A stretch of 58,579 nt of DNA from Patescibacteria group bacterium (GCA_004299275.1 SCSU01000061.1:1-58579), one strand, 5' to 3'. Counted from the stretch's first letter, positions 22,580-32,267 are shown. Program-made: numbers and translations. Notes: generated from the letters alone by a model not told the origin.

Positions 22580-23705
22580 GCTCCACCCTGATTTTTTGGA
22601 GCATTAGTTTTTCGGCATCAAGCAGGGAAATTCCACCGATGGCAAAGGCGGCTTGGCGCGGCGCGCCGGTCGGCGCCCAGTCGCGGACGAGCTGGAGCGC
22701 GTCAAGGTTGCGGTTCGTGTGGAGGAGTCCGGAGACGCCGCCGGCGTTATTTTCGTAAAGTACAAAAGAGACAGCTACTTCGGGCGAGGCGGCGATGAGC
22801 TCATCCAAGACGCCGGCGAGTTCCGTCTCGCCGCCGCCGGCGGCCACGAAATCCTGGCGGGTGAGCAGGGCCCAGGCGATTTTGTGCTCGCTGTCTTGGC
22901 GGAGCCGGGCGAGCGCGCGACCCCAGAGCCGGAGGGTCGTCACTGTGCGCGTCCGGTAGAGCTCGGCGACAATCCGTTCGCGGTCGGCGCCGTCTTCGAC
23001 GAGCTTGGCGGCCGTGGCTAGAGTCCGGGGCGAGACGTTTCCAGTTTTAAAACTTTTGGTTTTGGCGATTACGCCGGCCAAGAGCGCGGTCGAGAGCGCC
23101 CGGTCAAGCTTGGCGTCCGGCCATCGGGCGAGGAGCTCGGCGACAACTTCCGAGACGGAAGCGGCGGTGAGGTCCACCAAGTTTATATTGCCGTAGTGTT
23201 CGTTGGTCGGCGAGTGGTCGAGGTTCGCGACCGGCACGGAACGCCAAAACTCCGGTGCCTGACGCCAAAGCGCGCCCAAGGCCTCGTGGTCAGGACAGCC
23301 GACGGTAATCGCCAAGTCGTAACGGCAGCGTCCAGGCTCGGCCCGGACCTGTTCCGGGCTCCAATTTTCTTTCTCCGGCGTCAAGGTGATTTTAAGTTCG
23401 TCACCGGAGACGGCATAGTGAAGGTTCGCGAGTTTGGCCGGGCCGAGCGGCAGAGTGATGACCAAATTGGCCAGCCCGGGCAGATGGCTTTTGATTGTCT
23501 CGGCGTCAGGCAGGAGCCCGTGTTCCGGCCTCAAAACAAAGCCGTCGCCGACAGTGTCCACTGACTTGCCCTGAGCGCGGAGCAGGCGGCGGAGCGTTAG
23601 GCCGGCCGCGGTCTCATCAACGCCGGCAAGGTGGGGTAGCGCAATCAGAATACGCTGGCTGCGCCGGGCTGCCTCCAAAAACTGTTCGTGCGGTTCGAGT
23701 GCCAT
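22569..23705 (-). CDS. DHH-family (NrnA-like) phosphoesterase homologue with degenerate motifs
   Basis: NLDHSPTNEHYG..N, ASVSE, TALLAG, LRLWGRAL..L; DHH/DHHA1 architecture. Confidence 0.8.
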   Translation of the reverse strand: MALEPHEQFLEAARRSQRILIALPHLAGVDETAAGLTLRRLLRAQGKSVDTVGDGFVLRPEHGLLPDAETIKSHLPGLANLVITLPLGPAKLANLHYAVSGDELKITLTPEKENWSPEQVRAEPGRCRYDLAITVGCPDHEALGALWRQAPEFWRSVPVANLDHSPTNEHYGNINLVDLTAASVSEVVAELLARWPDAKLDRALSTALLAGVIAKTKSFKTGNVSPRTLATAAKLVEDGADRERIVAELYRTRTVTTLRLWGRALARLRQDSEHKIAWALLTRQDFVAAGGGETELAGVLDELIAASPEVAVSFVLYENNAGGVSGLLHTNRNLDALQLVRDWAPTGAPRQAAFAIGGISLLDAEKLMLQKIRVELKG

Positions 23706-23792
23706 GGGGTAGAATTGGTAAAGTAAGACACCTTACCCGCTCCCTTTAATTTTTGCAACCCGCCCCGTCCGCTTGTTATAGTTCCCTGCAGT

Positions 23793-23930
23793 ATGCCCGG
23801 TAGTGAAACGCCGGCAGCATGCATAGAACAAGGTTTCTTAAGGGCTATAAAACTGAATCAAGAGCAAACGCTCTTAATCGCAAAGAATGTCCGTTCGCCG
23901 AATCCAGCCCCTGTTTCCGGTAATGGGTGA
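23793..23930 (+). CDS. 45-aa leader uORF upstream of valS (MPGSETPAACIEQGFLRAIKLNQEQTLLIAKNVRSPNPAPVSGNG)
   Basis: Homologous to the nrdJ uORF; extended -10 TGTTATAGT 10 nt upstream. Confidence 0.7.
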   Translation: MPGSETPAACIEQGFLRAIKLNQEQTLLIAKNVRSPNPAPVSGNG

Positions 23931-24020
23931 AATTCAAACAAGGTGCAGCATTAAAACAATAATTATTCGCCGACAGAAACAGGGGCTGGGTTCGGAGCCG
24001 GCGTTCTACTACCGGGTATG
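23793..24020 (+). promoter_or_regulatory. Structured leader whose terminal arms pair the uORF ATG with the valS start
   Basis: ATGCCCGGTAGTGAAACGCCGGC ... GCCGGCGTTCTACTACCGGGTAT(G); inner stem CCGAATCCAGCCCCTGTTTC / GAAACAGGGGCTGGGTTCGG. Confidence 0.7.
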
Positions 24021-26804
24021 ACTAAGAAAATTGAACTCCCCAAGTCCTACGCCCCCAAGGACTACGAAGACGCGCTTTACCGCCAATGGGAAAAGAGCGG
24101 GTTTTTTAATCCGGACAAATTGCCCGGCCGGCGTCCGGATTCTTACTGTATTGTGATGCCGCCGCCGAACGTCACCGGCGTTTTGCACATCGGCCACGCG
24201 GTGATGCTCGCGATTGAAGACCTGCTGATTCGTTTTGAGCGCCTGCGCGGGAAAAAAACGCTCTGGCTCCCGGGCACCGACCACGCCGCGATTGCCACCC
24301 AGAACAAGGTGGAAAAGCTCCTTTGGGAGAAGGAAAAGAAAACCCGCCACGCTCTCGGCCGCGAAAAATTTTTGGCGCGGGTTAAAAACTTCGCGCAGGA
24401 GTCGCACGACACGATTGTCACTCAAGTCAAAAAGATGGGCTCCTCCTGCGACTGGTCGCGCGAGGCCTACACTTTGGACGCGCCGCGCGTTCAGGCCGTG
24501 GCCGAGGCCTTCCGGCGATTGCATGAAATGGGACTGATTTACCGCGGCCAGCGGGTTGTTAACTGGTGCCCGCACTGTCAGTCAACGCTCTCTGACGACG
24601 AGGTAGCGTACCGGCCGGCCAAGGAGAAGCTCTATTGGATTAAATACGGACCCTTTGTTTTGGCCACCGCCCGTCCCGAAACCAAACTAGGGGACACCGC
24701 CGTGGCCGTGCACCCCCAAGACCAGCGCTACAAAAAATACGTGGGCCGGCGTTTCAAGATTCCCGGCGTGCTCGGCGAATTTGAAGTCGTGGTCGTGGCT
24801 GACGGGGTAGTGGACAGGGAGTTCGGTTCGGGGATGATTAAGGTTACCCCGGCCCATGATTTTACCGACTTTGAGATCGCGGCGCGCCACGGCGTTCCAA
24901 TGCGTCAAGTAATTGGCGAAGACGGCCGGATGATGGCGAATACCGGCAAATATGCCGGGCTCACCACCGCCGAGGCGCGCGCGGCGATTGTCCGCGACAT
25001 GGAGAAAATGGGTTTGATTGAAAAGATTGAAGAATACGAGCATAACCTCTCGGTCTGCTATCGTTGCGGCACGACGATTGAGCCGTTGCCTAAACTCCAG
25101 TGGTTTATCGCGGTCAATAAACCTTTTACCTTTCGCCAGTCAGCGCGGTCTCCGATTAAAGACATCGGCGACGGCGAAAAAATCACGCTCAAAGAGCTGA
25201 TGAGTCACGTGGTCAAAACTGGCCAGATTCAAATCATCCCCGACCGTTTTGTCAAAACCTATTTCCACTGGATTGACAATCTCCGCGACTGGAACATCTC
25301 GCGTCAGATTTGGTTCGGCCACCGGATCCCAGTTTGGCACCACGATACCTGTCAGATGCTTGGCATCATGGACACAATGCACCAGCCTGACACATGGATG
25401 CGGGATGCTTATGTTATTTTGGATAAACCATTGGATGAGTATGCCGACGACGAGATCGTTTATTGTGGGAAGTGCAAGAACGGTTACACCATCAAAAAGA
25501 TAAAGGAGGGTCATTTTACACAGGATCCGGACACGCTGGACACCTGGTTTTCTTCCGGGCTCTGGACTTTTTCCACGCTCGGCTGGCCGGCGGAGATGGC
25601 GGATTTTAAAAATTATCATCCGACCGCGGTGCTCGAGACTGGTTATGACATTCTTTTCTTTTGGGTGGCGCGGATGATTTTGATGTCGCTCGCGCTGATC
25701 GGCGAGATTCCTTTCAAAACAGTTTATTTGCACGGACTGGTGCGCGACGAGCAGGGGAGGAAGATGAGCAAGTCACTCGGGAACGTGATTGACCCGCTCG
25801 CGGTCGCCGCCAAGTACGGGACTGACGCCGTGCGGCTCTCGCTCGTGCTCGGCACGACGCCCGGGAACGACACCCGGCTCTCGGAAGAAAAAATCGCCGG
25901 CTTCCGCAATTTTACCAACAAGCTGTGGAATATCGGACGGTTCGTGTTGAGCCAAACCTCAATTTCCAAATTCCAAATTCCAAATTCCAAAACTTTGCCC
26001 GACCGCTGGATTCTTTCCCGCTTGTCCGAGGTGACCGAGCGGGTGACGCGGCATCTGGAAAATTATGAATTTTCCGCGGCCGGCGAAATTCTGCGCGATT
26101 TTACCTGGGGCGATTTTGCCGATTGGTACTTGGAAATCAGCAAAGTTCAAAAACAGAGTTCACCCGCGCTCGCCAAAAACACCGATTTAATTCTCCGTCA
26201 CACCCTCGCGGTTCTCCTTAAGCTCTGGCATCCCTTTATGCCTTATGTGACCGAGGTTCTGTGGCGAGAACTTCAAGGAAAAGAGGGCGGTTTGCTTTTG
26301 GTCGCGTCCTGGCCGGCGCCGGGGGCACGGGAGGCGCGAGCCGAGCAAGCGATGAAGAACTGGCAGGAGACGGTCGCCGCGATCCGCAATCTCCGCGCCG
26401 AATACAAGGTGCCGCCGGAGCGGGAAGTTGAGGCCGAAATCGTCAGCGCGCCGGCTGGATTGTCCGAGGAGCTCGCTTGGCTCGAAAAATTGTCTCGGAG
26501 CAAAATCAGCGCTGTTAAAAAAGCTGAGAAAAAAGGCCAGGCGGCCGCGCTCGCCGGCTCCATGGAAATTTATGTTGACCTCGCCGGAGCGGTTGACCGA
26601 GGGCGGGAGTCCGCCCGGCTTCAAAAAGAGCGGGAGAGTTTAGAGAGTTATCTCGCCGCCTTGGAGGCCAAACTAAAAAATAATGACTTTTTGAAACGAG
26701 CGCCGTCGGCGGTGGTGGAAAAGGAAAAAGAAAAAGCCGCGGCGGCGCGCGACAAACTGGCGCGAATCCGCCGCGAGCTCACATCGCTTGGTGCGGACGG
26801 TTGA
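24018..26804 (+). CDS. valS: Valine--tRNA ligase
   Basis: PPPNVTGVLHIGHA, GTDHAAIATQ, TARPET, KVTPAHD, ISRQIWFGH, LDTWFSS, KMSKS, C-terminal coiled-coil arm. Confidence 0.98.
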   Translation: MTKKIELPKSYAPKDYEDALYRQWEKSGFFNPDKLPGRRPDSYCIVMPPPNVTGVLHIGHAVMLAIEDLLIRFERLRGKKTLWLPGTDHAAIATQNKVEKLLWEKEKKTRHALGREKFLARVKNFAQESHDTIVTQVKKMGSSCDWSREAYTLDAPRVQAVAEAFRRLHEMGLIYRGQRVVNWCPHCQSTLSDDEVAYRPAKEKLYWIKYGPFVLATARPETKLGDTAVAVHPQDQRYKKYVGRRFKIPGVLGEFEVVVVADGVVDREFGSGMIKVTPAHDFTDFEIAARHGVPMRQVIGEDGRMMANTGKYAGLTTAEARAAIVRDMEKMGLIEKIEEYEHNLSVCYRCGTTIEPLPKLQWFIAVNKPFTFRQSARSPIKDIGDGEKITLKELMSHVVKTGQIQIIPDRFVKTYFHWIDNLRDWNISRQIWFGHRIPVWHHDTCQMLGIMDTMHQPDTWMRDAYVILDKPLDEYADDEIVYCGKCKNGYTIKKIKEGHFTQDPDTLDTWFSSGLWTFSTLGWPAEMADFKNYHPTAVLETGYDILFFWVARMILMSLALIGEIPFKTVYLHGLVRDEQGRKMSKSLGNVIDPLAVAAKYGTDAVRLSLVLGTTPGNDTRLSEEKIAGFRNFTNKLWNIGRFVLSQTSISKFQIPNSKTLPDRWILSRLSEVTERVTRHLENYEFSAAGEILRDFTWGDFADWYLEISKVQKQSSPALAKNTDLILRHTLAVLLKLWHPFMPYVTEVLWRELQGKEGGLLLVASWPAPGAREARAEQAMKNWQETVAAIRNLRAEYKVPPEREVEAEIVSAPAGLSEELAWLEKLSRSKISAVKKAEKKGQAAALAGSMEIYVDLAGAVDRGRESARLQKERESLESYLAALEAKLKNNDFLKRAPSAVVEKEKEKAAAARDKLARIRRELTSLGADG
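25961..25990. repeat. Heptamer tandem array (AAATTCC)x4 in frame inside valS
   Basis: Encodes ISKFQIPNSK just before LPDRWIL. Confidence 0.9.
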
Positions 26805-26846
26805 CAAACCACGAGCGGTCTGCCCTAATGCAGGCAGGAGGAGCAC

Positions 26847-27227
26847 ATGGTCGAAGAGAAAAAGGGGGACAAACCCTTCAAACACGTCTGCGTGCTGTGC
26901 CTGGCCACGCTCTGGGGCTGGCGGCCGAAGGCCGACCACTCCTGCGGCTACCTGACCGTCGAGGTGGCGCGGGATTACAATCTGGCCGAGATGATTCCGG
27001 AGAGCGAACGCGTCGCCTGCGCGCAATTCGCGCTCCTCATCATGGGGTTCACGCCGGAGAAAACCAGGGACTACAAGCGTCGGACGGAGCGCGTGGGCAC
27101 AGTGAACATTCCGCCGGTCATCACCGGCGGGCGGCGGACGAAGTCCCTGTTTGGGACCCAGTCCGGCCGGGGAACCGCGGGGCCGGCTTCTCGCCGCAGC
27201 CGTCCGACGGAGCCGAGGACCAAGTGA
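26847..27227 (+). CDS. Orphan hypothetical protein (CxxC)
   Basis: 126-aa ORF with strong SD (AGGAGGAG) and downstream terminator GACACGCT..AGCGTGTCTTTTTT. Confidence 0.6.
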   Translation: MVEEKKGDKPFKHVCVLCLATLWGWRPKADHSCGYLTVEVARDYNLAEMIPESERVACAQFALLIMGFTPEKTRDYKRRTERVGTVNIPPVITGGRRTKSLFGTQSGRGTAGPASRRSRPTEPRTK

Positions 27228-27300
27228 CGCCGGCGGGAGGCAGCTGACACGCTCCAGAGAAGCGTGTCTTTTTTATAACGCGTTGATATAATAGTAATCT

Positions 27301-28509
27301 ATGGTTAAAGGAGAAAAAACCGTTGGCCCTCTTCTTTCCTCGCGCTTTATTCAGGATGTTGTTGTTCGTGCGTCTTTGGAGAATAAGCTTGCGAGCGGCC
27401 GGAAGCTAAGAGTCAAAATCGGGATGGACCCGACCGCGCCGGACCTCCACCTCGGCCACGCGGTGGCATTGCGCCTACTGCGGCGGTTTCAGAACGCCGG
27501 CCACACCATTGTTTTTATCATCGGCGATTTTACCGCCAAAATTGGCGACCCCTCGGGCAAATCCAAGACCAGGCCGATGCTTGACGCTCCAGCGATCGAG
27601 GCCAACGCTAAAACCTATTTTGAACAGGTCGGTTTGATTCTGGACGTCAAAAAAGCGGAGATTCGCCGCAATTCGGAGTGGCTCGGGAAGCTCGGTTTTG
27701 ATGATGTGATTAAACTCGCCTCCAAATTCACCGTGGCAAGAATTCTTGAACGCGATGATTTTGCCGAGCGCTTTAAGAGCGGTTCGGAGATCTCCGGCCA
27801 TGAACTCCTTTACCCCATGATGCAGGCGCAGGACTCGGTGGCTGTGGCCGCGGACGTCGAGGTCGGGGGCACGGACCAGCTTTTCAATATGCTCGCCGGC
27901 CGCGAGCTCCAAAAAAAACTTGGTTTGCCGGAACAGGAAGTTTTGACCGTGCCGCTGTTGCTCGGATTGGACGGGACGCTGAAAATGTCCAAGTCGCTCG
28001 GCAATTATGTCGGTCTCCGCGACAAACCCGAGGAGATGTACGGCAAACTGATGAGTCTGCCGGACCGATTGCTCCGGCACTACTTTGAGCTTGCGACCGA
28101 TTTGTCGGATTCGGAAATCGAAGCGATTCAAAAAACGCTCGTCGGAGAAAAGGCAAATCCGCGCGACCTAAAAATGCGTCTGGCGCGGCTCGTGGTCGCG
28201 AGCTATCACGGCGAGGGGGCGGCGGAGAGCGCCGAAGAGTCCTTCGTCAAAGTTTTTCAAAAAAAAGAAATTCCGGATGAGGTCAAAACAGTCGCCGTGG
28301 ACAAAAATAAACTGACCGCGGCGGAACTGCTTCTTTTGACCGGCCTCGCGGCTTCAAAAAGCGAAGCCCGGCGCGTTATTGAACAGCGGGGTTTAAAGAT
28401 TGACGGCGTCGCGGTCGGCGACCCGTCGCTCCCAGTGGCCATCGGGGAGAAGGGCGTGCTGCTCCAAAAAGGCAAAAGGCATTTTATCCGGGCGGTGCGG
28501 AAAGCTTGA
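27301..28509 (+). CDS. tyrS: Tyrosine--tRNA ligase
   Basis: GMDPTAPDLHLGH, IGDPSG, GGTDQ, KMSKS, C-terminal S4 domain. Confidence 0.98.
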   Translation: MVKGEKTVGPLLSSRFIQDVVVRASLENKLASGRKLRVKIGMDPTAPDLHLGHAVALRLLRRFQNAGHTIVFIIGDFTAKIGDPSGKSKTRPMLDAPAIEANAKTYFEQVGLILDVKKAEIRRNSEWLGKLGFDDVIKLASKFTVARILERDDFAERFKSGSEISGHELLYPMMQAQDSVAVAADVEVGGTDQLFNMLAGRELQKKLGLPEQEVLTVPLLLGLDGTLKMSKSLGNYVGLRDKPEEMYGKLMSLPDRLLRHYFELATDLSDSEIEAIQKTLVGEKANPRDLKMRLARLVVASYHGEGAAESAEESFVKVFQKKEIPDEVKTVAVDKNKLTAAELLLLTGLAASKSEARRVIEQRGLKIDGVAVGDPSLPVAIGEKGVLLQKGKRHFIRAVRKA

Positions 28510-28594
28510 ATTACAGACTATTGACTTGGAAGTCCTGGGCGCTTAAGATTCCTTCGCAAAGCCAATTAAAATAATTTTTAGCAACTTTCGTTTT

Positions 28595-29476
28595 ATGCTG
28601 AAAGACAGTTCCGAGGCGTTTAAGAATTCTTCAAGAATCGCCGGCAAGGTAAAAAAAGGGATGACGCCGCCGGTGGTGGCCGCTCTGGCAGTAGGCGTCT
28701 TGCTTATAATCGGCGTGGCCGCGGCCTGGCAGAAGACCGTGGGGGAAAAATCGACGCGCTTGGCCAACGCCGAGGCGGAGAGGACGGCGCTGAATAAAAA
28801 AGTCAAGGAATTGTCCGGCGAGCTTTCGGCCAAAGAAAAGGAAGCCGCTGACGCCAAAAAAACGGCGGAGGAAAAAGCCAAGGAGGCGGAAGCGGCCCGG
28901 CTCGCGGCCTTGGAAGTGCCGCTGGACTGGCGCGTTTTTACCGTCACTCCTTTCGGTTTTGAATTCCGCTACCCCAAAGAGTGGGGCGAGGCGGCGCTTA
29001 AAACTTTTAAGCTGGAAGATAAGTCGGGTGAGCGCGGCGAGGGCGGCAATATCACCTTTTCCGCCCTGCGGCCGACCGTGGTGCTCGCCGGCTGGAACAG
29101 CGCCGATTACACCTCGTCTAAGCCGTCTTTGGCCTTTGACGCCGTTCGATTTAAGGGAATCAAAAATTGCGATGACCTCAAAAACCGCCACACGGTCTCT
29201 AACTGCGAAGAAATCAAAACCCGCGACGGCCTGACCGCGCTCCTTTATCGCGAGAGCCAGTTGCCGGCGGACCAGGTGAACGGCGTCTCTTTCTCCTTTG
29301 ACGTCGGAGCGGTTTTTACCGGCAACGAACGATTCCCGGTTTTCGCGGTGCAAATCAATCAGGACGCCAATATCGCCTTTGACAGCTTGAAGCGAGTGAT
29401 TGCTTCCATTAAAAATATTGCTGCGCCGCCGGTAGCCGCGACTTCCAGCCCGCCGGCCGCCGCACAAAAGCAGTAG
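28595..29476 (+). CDS. Membrane-anchored extracytoplasmic protein with coiled coil (start may be 28661)
   Basis: TM helix, AEK-rich coil, then W..F....FGFEFRYP..W motif. Confidence 0.7.
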   Translation: MLKDSSEAFKNSSRIAGKVKKGMTPPVVAALAVGVLLIIGVAAAWQKTVGEKSTRLANAEAERTALNKKVKELSGELSAKEKEAADAKKTAEEKAKEAEAARLAALEVPLDWRVFTVTPFGFEFRYPKEWGEAALKTFKLEDKSGERGEGGNITFSALRPTVVLAGWNSADYTSSKPSLAFDAVRFKGIKNCDDLKNRHTVSNCEEIKTRDGLTALLYRESQLPADQVNGVSFSFDVGAVFTGNERFPVFAVQINQDANIAFDSLKRVIASIKNIAAPPVAATSSPPAAAQKQ

Positions 29477-29554
29477 GGAACAGCAACAGGTAACGAAAAT
29501 CCGAGACTCAAGAGGTTTCGGATTTTTGAATTGAAAATTAAAATATAGACAATA

Positions 29555-29746
29555 GTCATCTCGACCAAGGCGGAGAGATCTTCAATTCGACGAAAAAGAG
29601 TTGAAGATCCCTCGGCTCCGCTCGGGATGACGACATATCCATCATCTCGACCCCGTTCGGGGACTTATTTGTTTAGTTCCCGAGCATTGTCGAGGGACTA
29701 CTTTAATCCCCGTTGCGATCGTAGCCCCTCGGCTGCGCTCGGGGAC
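29555..29746. repeat. Cluster of GTCATCTCGAC...CTCGGGATGAC-type REP hairpins; homologue at 50791-50895
   Basis: Terminal inverted GTCATC/GATGAC with internal GAGATCTTC/GAAGATCCC. Confidence 0.8.
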
Positions 29747-29829
29747 TTCTCAATTCTTCAACTTTCTACCAACCTTGTTTTCTTACCGTTTCAAGGATAA
29801 TCTGTGTTAGGTCGTCTTAAATTTACGCT

Positions 29830-31725
29830 ATGAACTCTTTAGTTAGAGCCAAGGAAGAAATTTTGGCGCACCTTGCCGCCGCTATCGGCCCGGAGGCGGA
29901 ATTGCTCGCGGACTCGCTCGGCGAGCCGCCGCAGCCGGACTTCGGCGATTTGAGTTTTGCCTGTTTTTCCCTCTCTAAAATTTGGAGCAAAAAGCCAACG
30001 GTCATCGCGAACGACCTCGCCGCCTCAATCGGCCGGGAGCTCGCGCAGACCAAAGAAAAAGGTTATGTGGAGCGCGTGGAGGCCCGCGGCCCCTACCTGA
30101 ATTTTTGGCTGGACATCGGGCGCGTAGCCCAGGAGACGCTCCGACAGGCGGCGCGGAGCGGCAGCCGCTACGGCACCCGCGCGGCCGGAGCCATCGGCGC
30201 GCGCTTGCCGGCGGTAGATACTTTTTTGGAATCGCAGATTGAAGAGCTCCGGAATTTTTTGCCCGGCCGGGGAATTATCCACGGCGTTTCCCGGCTGGTT
30301 AAAGTCCCGGGACGCGCCGGCGCGCGGCTGCTCGAGTCGGTCGGCGGTGCGCGACGGCGGCCGCTCGTCATGGTTGAGGTCTGTTCGCCGAACACTCATA
30401 AAGAAATTCATATCGGACATTTGCGCAATATCGTGTTCGGGCGGGCGATAGTAACGCTCCGCCGGGCGCTGGGCGAGGAGGTAATTACAAGCTCCTACCC
30501 GGGAGACGCCGGCGCGCACGTGGCCAAAACGCTCTGGGCGCTGGACAAATTCCACAAGAATGAGCCGGTGCCGGCGGAAAAGGGCCGCTATCTGGGCAAG
30601 ATTTACAGCGAGGCCAGCCGGGCGCTGGAAAAAAATCCGCAAGTTAAAGGCGAGATTGACTCGGTTCAGCGTTCGCTTGAGGCCGGGGACAAATACTGGA
30701 CCGCGCTGTGGCGCAGAACGCGCGCCTGGAGCATTGCTGAGATAAAAGCGGTTTTCACCGAACTCGGCGTGCCGATCCGGCGCTGGTATTTTGAGAGCGA
30801 AACCGAGGGGCCGGGGCGGCGGCTGGTGGGCGAGCTCTTAAAAAAGGGGGTCGCCCAAAAAAGCCAAGGCGCGACAATTATTGATTTGTCCGCCGAGGGG
30901 CTGGGCGCTTTCCTGATATTAAAATCGGACGGCACGACGCTTTATGCCACCAAAGACCTGGCTTTGGCCAAGAAAAAATTTGCGGAATATCCACTGGACC
31001 TTTCCATCCATGTCGTTGACGCCCGGCAGACGCTCTACTTCAAACAGCTTTTTGCCGCGCTTCGTAAAATCGGCTTTGCCAAACAACTGGTGCATCTGCC
31101 TTTTGAATTTGTGACGCTCAAAGAGGGCCCGATGAGTTCGCGGCTCGGCAATGTCATTGCTTACGAAGACCTGCGCGACGAGATGATCAAAAAGACCTCG
31201 GCCGAAACGCAAAAACGCCATACCGATTGGCCGAAAAAACGCCTCCAGTCCACCGCGCATGCGATTGCCCTGGCCGGCATGGTGGTGGGTATGCTCAAAC
31301 AGGACACTGACCGGCAGATTGTTTTTGACCTGGAAGAAGCGCTCTCCTTTGACGGTTTTACCGGGCCGTATCTGCAGTATACTTTAGCCCGGGTCAAAGG
31401 AATTTTGGCCAAAGTTCAAAGCGGGCGCCGCGGCGCGGCGGACGGTGGGTATAACTTTAATCGACCAGAAGAGCGCGCGCTTGTCCTGGACTGCGCCCGC
31501 TACAGCGAGGCGGTCAAAGAAGCGGCGGAGTCCTATCGGCCGGCGAAGCTCGTGGCTTTTTTATTCGTTTTGGCCAAGCATTTTGCCGAGTTCTACGAAC
31601 GGGTGCCGGTCATCGCCTCGCCCGAAGCCGAACGCGCCGCGCGCCTCACGCTCGTCGCGGCGGTCGGCGCGGTGCTCGAAAGCGGTTTCCGCCTGCTCGG
31701 TATTCCGGTGGTTCGTGAGATGTAA
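29830..31725 (+). CDS. argS: Arginine--tRNA ligase
   Basis: FGD, GPYLNF, SPNTHKEIHIGHLRN, KSDGTTLYATKDLA, MSSRLGNV, TGPYLQYT. Confidence 0.97.
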   Translation: MNSLVRAKEEILAHLAAAIGPEAELLADSLGEPPQPDFGDLSFACFSLSKIWSKKPTVIANDLAASIGRELAQTKEKGYVERVEARGPYLNFWLDIGRVAQETLRQAARSGSRYGTRAAGAIGARLPAVDTFLESQIEELRNFLPGRGIIHGVSRLVKVPGRAGARLLESVGGARRRPLVMVEVCSPNTHKEIHIGHLRNIVFGRAIVTLRRALGEEVITSSYPGDAGAHVAKTLWALDKFHKNEPVPAEKGRYLGKIYSEASRALEKNPQVKGEIDSVQRSLEAGDKYWTALWRRTRAWSIAEIKAVFTELGVPIRRWYFESETEGPGRRLVGELLKKGVAQKSQGATIIDLSAEGLGAFLILKSDGTTLYATKDLALAKKKFAEYPLDLSIHVVDARQTLYFKQLFAALRKIGFAKQLVHLPFEFVTLKEGPMSSRLGNVIAYEDLRDEMIKKTSAETQKRHTDWPKKRLQSTAHAIALAGMVVGMLKQDTDRQIVFDLEEALSFDGFTGPYLQYTLARVKGILAKVQSGRRGAADGGYNFNRPEERALVLDCARYSEAVKEAAESYRPAKLVAFLFVLAKHFAEFYERVPVIASPEAERAARLTLVAAVGAVLESGFRLLGIPVVREM

Positions 31726-31811
31726 TTGAAAGTTTTGGTTACTACAGTTTTCTCTTGCAGGCTTTGGCACGGGTGTTATACTCACCCCCACGATGAATTA
31801 ATCGCAAATGT

Positions 31812-32267
31812 ATGTTTAAACAGCGTTTAGAGGGCGGCGCCGGCGACACCGTCATCGCCGGCGGGGTCAAGGTCGAAGGTGATTTTGTGAGCGAGGGCAA
31901 TGTGATTATCGAAGGCGAAGTGGTCGGGAGTCTCCGGACCGCGCGCGACCTGCAGGTCGGCGACGCGGCCAAGATCCACGCCGACGTGGCGGCGACCAAC
32001 GCCCGCGTTGCCGGCGAGGTGCGGGGCAATGTCGTCATCAAAGAAAAACTGGAGCTGGCTTCGTCCTCGCGAATTTTCGGAGACGTTCAGGCTAAGATTT
32101 TAACGGTTGAGGCCGGCGCGCAGTTGAACGGCAAAATTCATATGGGGGAAGCGCCCGCCGAGGCGACGAGCAAGAGCGAACGCAATCACGCGGAACGGAC
32201 TACGGCTGGCGGTCTCTCGGCGCTCGTCGGCAACCGCGTCAAGGCAGAGAAGGCCAGCGCAAATTAG
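31812..32267 (+). CDS. Bactofilin (polymer-forming cytoskeletal protein)
   Basis: TVIAGGVKVEGDF..GNVIIEGEVVG beta-helix repeats, L.VEAGAQLNG. Confidence 0.9.
   Translation: MFKQRLEGGAGDTVIAGGVKVEGDFVSEGNVIIEGEVVGSLRTARDLQVGDAAKIHADVAATNARVAGEVRGNVVIKEKLELASSSRIFGDVQAKILTVEAGAQLNGKIHMGEAPAEATSKSERNHAERTTAGGLSALVGNRVKAEKASAN

Noticed and set aside
23793..24017. T-box riboswitch or Val-rich attenuator before valS
   Set aside because: No T-box consensus or terminator/antiterminator was seen, the uORF has only two Val codons, and the same element precedes nrdJ.
26801..27247. 148-aa alternative ORF after valS
   Set aside because: It overlaps the 26847 ORF, which has the SD and a more protein-like composition.
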